From: an uncultured Nitratifractor sp.
GTDB lineage: Bacteria > Campylobacterota > Campylobacteria > Campylobacterales > Sulfurovaceae
Assembly (NCBI GenBank): GCA_964517485.1
Contig: CAZFCZ010000027.1
Coordinates: 1-63,031 of the forward strand
DNA: 63,031 bases
Direction: 5' to 3'
Shown one piece after another: positions 57,369 through 63,031 of this stretch. Position 1 is the first letter of the stretch; each line of letters begins with the position of its first letter. Below the pieces are notes generated by a model. That model ran no database searches. It saw only the letters and a list, made by a program, of their open reading frames with translations, and was not told the DNA's origin. The position numbers and the translations under genes are program-made.

Positions 57369-59108
57369 ATGAGAATATTTATATTAGCGTTAGCTGTTTG
57401 TACAACACTAACATTTGCAGATAACAATAGCACAAAAGATAAAGAGTATATATTACATATAGAAGCTTCTAAAAATTTAGACAAAGACTCTATTGCAAAA
57501 GCCATAGGTGAAAAAGAGCAAAATATAATGAATTTTTGGAGCAAAGAGCGTATTATAACAAAAGAGTTTGTAGATAATATAGACTCAACTTTAAAGGGCT
57601 ATTTAGAAAATATTGGCTACTTTAATGCAAAAATAGATTTAAAAGTAAATAATAATAGTGTAGATGTAGCCATTAACGAGGGTAGGGCAATTAGAGTTAA
57701 AGCCATAGATATTAGTAGTAATTTTAAATTAAAGCAAATAATTGATTGGAAAAGAGACGATATATTCTCTAGTGATAGGTTCGATACAATTAAGAGTAAA
57801 ATAAATAAAAAGCTCTTAGAAAATGGCTACTGTAATGCAAAGGTAGATACAAAAGCGTATGTAGATTTAAAGCAATTTAGTGCAAAATTAAATTATAAAA
57901 TCGATAAAGGCGAGCTATGCTTTTTTGGTAAAATTATAATAAAAAAGAGCCCATTAGATATTAAAAAGGAAGTAATTTACTCTAGAGTTAAATATAAAGA
58001 GGGTGAGCTTTTTGATATTAGAAAAATAGAAGAGAGCTATACAAGTCTAAGTGCGCTTAATACCTTTGCTAATGTGCAAATTAAGTACGATTTAGATAAA
58101 AAAAGTAGATATGTAGATAGTACAATTACACTAGATAAAAAAGATAAGCTAAGACGCTATTTAATAGGTTTAGGTGTAGATAGCGAAGTTGGCTTAAGAG
58201 CAAAAATGCTTTGGGAGAAAAGAGACTTTTTAGGTAATGCAAAAAAAATTACAATTAAAAGCAAAATATCTAAAGATAACCAAGATATTAATGTAGAGCT
58301 CTTTACACCATCTTTTATATCTTATAATAATATCTATACAGATTTATATTTAATAGCTGGCTATTCTCTAGAAGAGACCAATGCATATAGAGACAAAGAA
58401 GCCTATATTAAGAGCTATTTAGACTATAATTATAAAAATTTTAATGTAAAATTAGGTTTAGCATTAGAGAATTTAGATATAAAGCTTAAAGATAACTATG
58501 AAGCAAAAATAGGGGGAGTATTTAATATTTTATATCCATATATTACGCTTATTTACGATAATAGAGACTCTAGAATAGACCCTAAAAATGGATATTATGT
58601 TAAACTTTATGGCGAGTATGGGCTATCTTGTGGTAATAGTGGAGTTGAGTATTTTAAATATTTAGTAGAGGGTAGGGCTATAAAAAGCTTTAACGATTTA
58701 ACTCTATCTGCAGTTGGAAAGTTTGGTACAATACACGAGAAAAGCTCGTATCTACCAGCATCTAAACTATTTTATGGAGGAGGGCTCTTTAGCAACAGAG
58801 CTTATGGAAAAGATAAAATTGGTGCAGTAATTAATAGTAAATCTTTTAGCGCACTTGGTGGAAAAAGCTTTTTAAATTTACAACTAGAAGCAAACTATAA
58901 AATACATAAAAGATTTTACGGTGCACTATTTTTTGACTCTACAATGATAAGCAAAGATGAGTATAACTTTAAAGGCAAAAGAGTAGATACTCTTGGCGTA
59001 GGTTTAAGATATAAGTCTCCAATTGGCCCAATTAAGATAGATTTTGGAGTTAATGTTCATAATAGAAAAGATTACGCAATATCTATAATGTTAGGTCAAT
59101 CATTTTGA
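57369..59108 (+). CDS. tamA: Omp85-family outer membrane protein, TamA-like
   Basis: 579 aa. Signal peptide, POTRA-sized N-terminal repeats, C-terminal beta-barrel ending ...ISIMLGQSF (aromatic terminus). Lies directly upstream of tamB. Confidence 0.8.
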   Translation: MRIFILALAVCTTLTFADNNSTKDKEYILHIEASKNLDKDSIAKAIGEKEQNIMNFWSKERIITKEFVDNIDSTLKGYLENIGYFNAKIDLKVNNNSVDVAINEGRAIRVKAIDISSNFKLKQIIDWKRDDIFSSDRFDTIKSKINKKLLENGYCNAKVDTKAYVDLKQFSAKLNYKIDKGELCFFGKIIIKKSPLDIKKEVIYSRVKYKEGELFDIRKIEESYTSLSALNTFANVQIKYDLDKKSRYVDSTITLDKKDKLRRYLIGLGVDSEVGLRAKMLWEKRDFLGNAKKITIKSKISKDNQDINVELFTPSFISYNNIYTDLYLIAGYSLEETNAYRDKEAYIKSYLDYNYKNFNVKLGLALENLDIKLKDNYEAKIGGVFNILYPYITLIYDNRDSRIDPKNGYYVKLYGEYGLSCGNSGVEYFKYLVEGRAIKSFNDLTLSAVGKFGTIHEKSSYLPASKLFYGGGLFSNRAYGKDKIGAVINSKSFSALGGKSFLNLQLEANYKIHKRFYGALFFDSTMISKDEYNFKGKRVDTLGVGLRYKSPIGPIKIDFGVNVHNRKDYAISIMLGQSF

Positions 59109-62100
59109 AAAAATTACTCTATTTTTTAGCATTTATTCTTATTTTACTAGTAGGTTTTTACTCTTTTGTTAGTAGCACATATTTTTTTAATAAATATATT
59201 GCAAAAAATATAAAAGAGTATGGTTTTAATTATGTAAAAGTTAATGGCGCCTTGTTAGATGGCTTTGTTGTAGAAGACCTATCATACAAGGGTAAAAAGT
59301 TATCTTCTAATGTAGAACTTAAAATTAATCCATTTAAATTAATAAGTGGTGTTGTATCGGTAAATAAATTACACTTAATAGGTGTTAAAAAAGATGTTTT
59401 AGAAAATATTGTAGAAGACTTTAAGCCACAAGAAGACACTTCTAGTGCTACACAAATAGATTTAAATTTTGAATTTAAAGATATACTACTAACAATTAAG
59501 CCATTTACAATAGATAAAATTAAAATAGATAAAGCAAACTTAAGTATTGATAAGATTGCATATATTAATAATAAATTTAATGTAGGAAATTTAGAGTACG
59601 AATCTAAAAGTGATATTGCAAATGTATCTTTTAGTGGGCAGTTTAAAAAAAGAGTTTTGGATATTAAGCATATAGATATATCTAGTTTAGACTCAGTTAG
59701 ACTAATGGCAATTATAAAGTCGCTAAAGAGCAGTAAAGAGAGCAGACAAAGTAGCCAATTACTAAATAGTCCATTTACTCCAAAGCTAGTTAAGCTTAAA
59801 GATGCAACTCTAAATTTAAAGCCATTTAAGCTAAAAGAATTAACACTAAAAGATTTAAAACTAAATATTAAAAATGCAAGGTTTAATGTCGAAAAACTCT
59901 CTTTAAATCAGGGTGAGCTAAAGATTAAATATTTAGGTAATGAGTTAGAGCTTAATTTAGATAGTAGCTATAAAAATAAAATATTAAATATAAAAAATAT
60001 ATATTTAGATCTTAAAAAGCCAAATAAAATAGAAAAACTTATTACTTTTAATGACTCTAGCGAAAGTAACTGTACAAGTAATAACAATTTAAATGTTGTT
60101 AAATTAAATAGTATTAATGTTATTGGTGCTAAAGTTAAAGTAAGTAATTATAAATACAATAAAGAGCTAATTAAAACATTAAATATAGGGTTTAAAAATA
60201 GCTCTTTTAGCTGTGAGAATAAAAAAATTGTTTTAAATAATTTAAATTTAAATATAGATTCAACTTTAGGTAATATGGATATAAATGCCACAATTAATAA
60301 AGATTTTATATTTAATAATATTAAAATTGACTCTGGTAATATAGATAAGATAATAGCTACTTTCCCTTCTAGTAATTCTAACACCACTACAAAGCCATTG
60401 CCATTAAATATTCCTGCTAATTTTATTATTAAAAATCTATTAGTTACTGGCAAAAAAGCTACTTTAGGATCATTTATTATTAACGATGCAAAAGTTACTG
60501 CAAGCAATGTTAAGGGTAAAACAGAAGAGCTAAATTTTAGTAGTGGCAAAGTTAAAGCATATGTTACAAGCCCATGGGGAGAAGCAAATTTAGATGGTAA
60601 AATAAAAGACAATAACTACTATGCTAAAGGCTCTTATAAAGTGGCACAATATCTATTAAACCAGTACTCATTGCCATTAAAAGCTAAAAGTTTTAAGCGC
60701 TTAAATGTAGATGGTAGATTTGGCTTTAAATCTTTAGATATTAATATAGATTTAAAGGGTAAAGATATTCTTAAAAGTGTAAAAGATATTACTATTCTTT
60801 CTTCTAAAAATAGACTACAATATAACTATATAACCAACGATACAACTTGGAAAATGAATGCAGATATCAATACCCCATACAGTGGCAATTCTAAATTAAA
60901 TAATACTCTAATATATATTGATAAAAGCGACAAACTAGACTATTACGGTAAGCTTATACCAGCTAAAACTATCTTTAATAACAAAGAGCTACAAGTTCTA
61001 TTTAAAAACTTAAATTTAGATTATAAAGGTAATAGCGATAAGTTAAATGTTAACTTTAATTCATTATTATTAGTTGGTAATTTTTTAACAGACTATGATA
61101 GGGCTAATATATCTATTAACAACAGAAAAAATATAGATTTAAATAGTGTAATACAAATGCCTCAAGATTATAAAAATACTACTATCTCAAAGTTACAAAT
61201 TACAAGTAAATTAGACTTTAAAAAAATCTCTCCTATTAAAGGTAATATAATATTAAACTCTAATCTACTAAATATAGATGGTAAATGGAGCTATAATAAT
61301 ATTTTAAATTCTAGTTTTACTACAAATGTGCCTAAAAGTTCTTATATTTTTAAAAATAACAAAAAGCTAAAATTTAATGCATTTAAAAGCTTTAATTCTA
61401 AACTAACAGCAGATTCAAATGTTCTAAATTTAGAGCTAAAAAATAAACTCTTAGCAATTGGACTAGACTATAACTTTAATACTACTAAGCTAAAGTCTAA
61501 TGTTAAAGCAAAAGCAATAAAATTAGCATTAAATGGAGAGAAAAATAAAATTGATGGTTTAATTACAATTTCTTCTATAAATAGTGCATTACAATCTATA
61601 TATAATATATATAGTTTTGATTCTAAGAGTAGTAATATAAATGGTAAGATAGACGCCAAATTTAAAATATTAAATCTACAAAGTGTTGTATTTAGTTTAA
61701 ATTCTCCATCTATAGTTAGCAAAAGTACTAAAAGTAGTACAAATATTAAGAGTATATATTTAAAAGGTAGCTATAACAATAATAATTTAACTTTAGATAA
61801 TTATAGTTTTAATCTTAACGATTATAAAATTTTCTCTAATAAAGTATCGACTATAAATATAGATAAAAGTAATTTAAATATCAATAAGCTATGGATTAAC
61901 GACTCTTTAATTGCAAAAGGTAACTATAATATAGATAAATCGAGTGGAAATATAAAGTTAAACTCTACTAATTTTACGCTAGATAGCCAAAAAGCAAAAG
62001 TAGCACTTGCAATTGCCTCTACTATTAAACTAAATAAAGACAAAAAAGATATTGCAGGTGTAGTTACTATATTAAATGGTAAAATTAAAAGTACTATTAC

Positions 62101-62845
62101 ACAAAAAAATATAGCTGATAACGAAGATATTGTAATATTGCAAAGAAAAAGAGCAAAAGAGAGCACAGATTTTGCTAAAAACATAAAGCTAAATATTAAA
62201 TTTAAAAACAAAAAAGGTTTAGTATATTCTCAAAATGGTAGCTATTTTAATTTAATACCTAATATGACAATAAAAAAGAGCTACAATAAACTATCTGACT
62301 TTAGAGGTGTAATTAAAGTTGCAAAGGGCAGCTACTATACACTTAATGGTAAAAAGCTAAAAGTATCTAAGGGATTAATTACATTTAAGGGTAAAAGTAG
62401 CTCTCCTAATATTAATATAGAGTTAAAATATATAGGTAAAGAGTTTACAGTATATATTAATATCTCAGGTACACCAACTAGACCAATACTATATTTTAGA
62501 AGTAATCCACAATTAACAAAAGATCAAATATTAGCATATTTACTATTTGATGACTCTAGTGCAATTGGTACTCATACACAAGATGCAATGTTAAATATGG
62601 TTGGTGGTAGTTTAGCTAAATCTCTTTTAGGCTCAATAGGTATTAAGATTGATCACATATCAGTTAAAGAGAATGGTTTTAGTATTGGAAAAAATATAAC
62701 TAAAAATGTTACTGTGTATTATAGCCAAGATAAAGAAAAACCGTCTATTAAAACCAGAATAGATATAACGGACTCTATTCATACCGAATTAGAGGTAGGA
62801 AAAGACAAACAAAGTGCAGATATAATCTTTAGTAAAGAATATTAA
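59105..62845 (+). CDS. tamB: translocation and assembly module protein TamB (DUF490 C-terminus)
   Basis: 1246 aa with ATGA overlap to tamA. N-terminal TM anchor, long N/K/S-rich beta-rich body, conserved C-terminal region (TPTRPILYFRSNPQLTKDQILAYLLF...). Confidence 0.8.
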   Translation: MKKLLYFLAFILILLVGFYSFVSSTYFFNKYIAKNIKEYGFNYVKVNGALLDGFVVEDLSYKGKKLSSNVELKINPFKLISGVVSVNKLHLIGVKKDVLENIVEDFKPQEDTSSATQIDLNFEFKDILLTIKPFTIDKIKIDKANLSIDKIAYINNKFNVGNLEYESKSDIANVSFSGQFKKRVLDIKHIDISSLDSVRLMAIIKSLKSSKESRQSSQLLNSPFTPKLVKLKDATLNLKPFKLKELTLKDLKLNIKNARFNVEKLSLNQGELKIKYLGNELELNLDSSYKNKILNIKNIYLDLKKPNKIEKLITFNDSSESNCTSNNNLNVVKLNSINVIGAKVKVSNYKYNKELIKTLNIGFKNSSFSCENKKIVLNNLNLNIDSTLGNMDINATINKDFIFNNIKIDSGNIDKIIATFPSSNSNTTTKPLPLNIPANFIIKNLLVTGKKATLGSFIINDAKVTASNVKGKTEELNFSSGKVKAYVTSPWGEANLDGKIKDNNYYAKGSYKVAQYLLNQYSLPLKAKSFKRLNVDGRFGFKSLDINIDLKGKDILKSVKDITILSSKNRLQYNYITNDTTWKMNADINTPYSGNSKLNNTLIYIDKSDKLDYYGKLIPAKTIFNNKELQVLFKNLNLDYKGNSDKLNVNFNSLLLVGNFLTDYDRANISINNRKNIDLNSVIQMPQDYKNTTISKLQITSKLDFKKISPIKGNIILNSNLLNIDGKWSYNNILNSSFTTNVPKSSYIFKNNKKLKFNAFKSFNSKLTADSNVLNLELKNKLLAIGLDYNFNTTKLKSNVKAKAIKLALNGEKNKIDGLITISSINSALQSIYNIYSFDSKSSNINGKIDAKFKILNLQSVVFSLNSPSIVSKSTKSSTNIKSIYLKGSYNNNNLTLDNYSFNLNDYKIFSNKVSTINIDKSNLNINKLWINDSLIAKGNYNIDKSSGNIKLNSTNFTLDSQKAKVALAIASTIKLNKDKKDIAGVVTILNGKIKSTITQKNIADNEDIVILQRKRAKESTDFAKNIKLNIKFKNKKGLVYSQNGSYFNLIPNMTIKKSYNKLSDFRGVIKVAKGSYYTLNGKKLKVSKGLITFKGKSSSPNINIELKYIGKEFTVYINISGTPTRPILYFRSNPQLTKDQILAYLLFDDSSAIGTHTQDAMLNMVGGSLAKSLLGSIGIKIDHISVKENGFSIGKNITKNVTVYYSQDKEKPSIKTRIDITDSIHTELEVGKDKQSADIIFSKEY

Positions 62846-62870
62846 AGCCCTTAAAATGGGCTTTTTGGTT
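62844..62870 (+). terminator. intrinsic terminator after tamB
   Basis: AAAGCCC-ttaaaat-GGGCTTT followed by TTGGTTTCT. The hairpin overlaps the stop codon. Confidence 0.7.
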
Positions 62871-62919
62871 TCTAAAAGTAAAAAAACCCAAAAAAAACCC
62901 AAAAAGAAGTTAAAAGGGC

Positions 62920-62948
62920 TTGACAAATAAATAAAAACCCACTATAAT
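62920..62948 (+). promoter_or_regulatory. consensus sigma70-type promoter (TTGACA-17 nt-TATAAT) with upstream phased A-tracts; probable rRNA operon promoter
   Basis: Perfect -35 (62920-62925) and -10 (62943-62948) hexamers with a 17 nt spacer. They are preceded by AAAAAAACCCAAAAAAAACCCAAAAA. Non-coding leader-like sequence (…GATCTTTAACAA…) follows to the window end. Confidence 0.55.
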
Positions 62949-63031
62949 ACGCCTCACAAACACGGATAGAGCTTGAGTTTAGCTTTAGAAATCGAGAGAT
63001 AAAGTGTTTAGTAGATGATCTTTAACAACCG

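Noticed and set aside
1-63031. A scan for CRISPR arrays, IS elements or transposases, toxin-antitoxin pairs, and long G/C homopolymers of the Campylobacter phase-variation type.
   Set aside because: I saw no regularly spaced direct repeats and no transposase- or integrase-like translations in the ORF track. The longest G or C runs I saw were 5 nt (for example near 5112, 36866, 53904), too short for contingency loci.

Overview
This is a 63 kb chromosomal window from a low-GC Campylobacterota genome. The gene orders fabZ-lpxA-clpX-mreB-mreC-carB and glmU-coaBC-uppS-prepilin peptidase match what I recall from Campylobacter-type genomes. I cannot assign a genus. The window is densely coding: I call 65 protein genes, one tRNA-Ser(GCU), several intrinsic-terminator hairpins, and a consensus sigma70 promoter at the 3' edge that probably drives an rRNA operon lying just outside the window. 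Most content is housekeeping:
- Translation and RNA modification: rplU, rpmA, lepA, hpf, truA, truD, trmA, queH.
- Envelope and cell shape: glmU, uppS, murF, murJ, mreBC, lpxA, an L,D-transpeptidase, lptF/G, pqiABC, tamAB.
- Central and other metabolism: carB, prs, folD, proA, rpiB, coaBC, moeA, and a type-E succinate dehydrogenase/fumarate reductase.
- DNA repair and uptake: ruvA, ruvX, dprA.

I saw no CRISPR array, transposase, integrase, prophage or classical defence genes.

The best candidate for an undescribed system is an autonomous two-gene unit at 33393-35636 on the minus strand. It encodes a MotA/ExbB-type channel protein with a roughly 165 aa coiled-coil tail. Its partner is a MotB-type protein that keeps the TM aspartate and carries about 200 aa of coiled coil before an OmpA-like peptidoglycan-binding domain. 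The pair resembles the Zorya core but has no effector genes and sits in no flagellar, Tol or TonB context.

Secondary candidates:
- A ferredoxin-thioredoxin-reductase catalytic domain fused to a catalytic rhodanese, next to a thioredoxin gene.
- A MurF whose N-terminal domain is replaced by a polytopic membrane domain.
- A QueH with a roughly 180 aa extra C-terminal domain.
- An orphan ABC ATPase wedged between proA and tamAB.
- A pqiA split into two genes.

All calls come from reading the supplied translations and DNA by eye. No searches were run, so family assignments rest on motifs and start codons are judged from RBS context.
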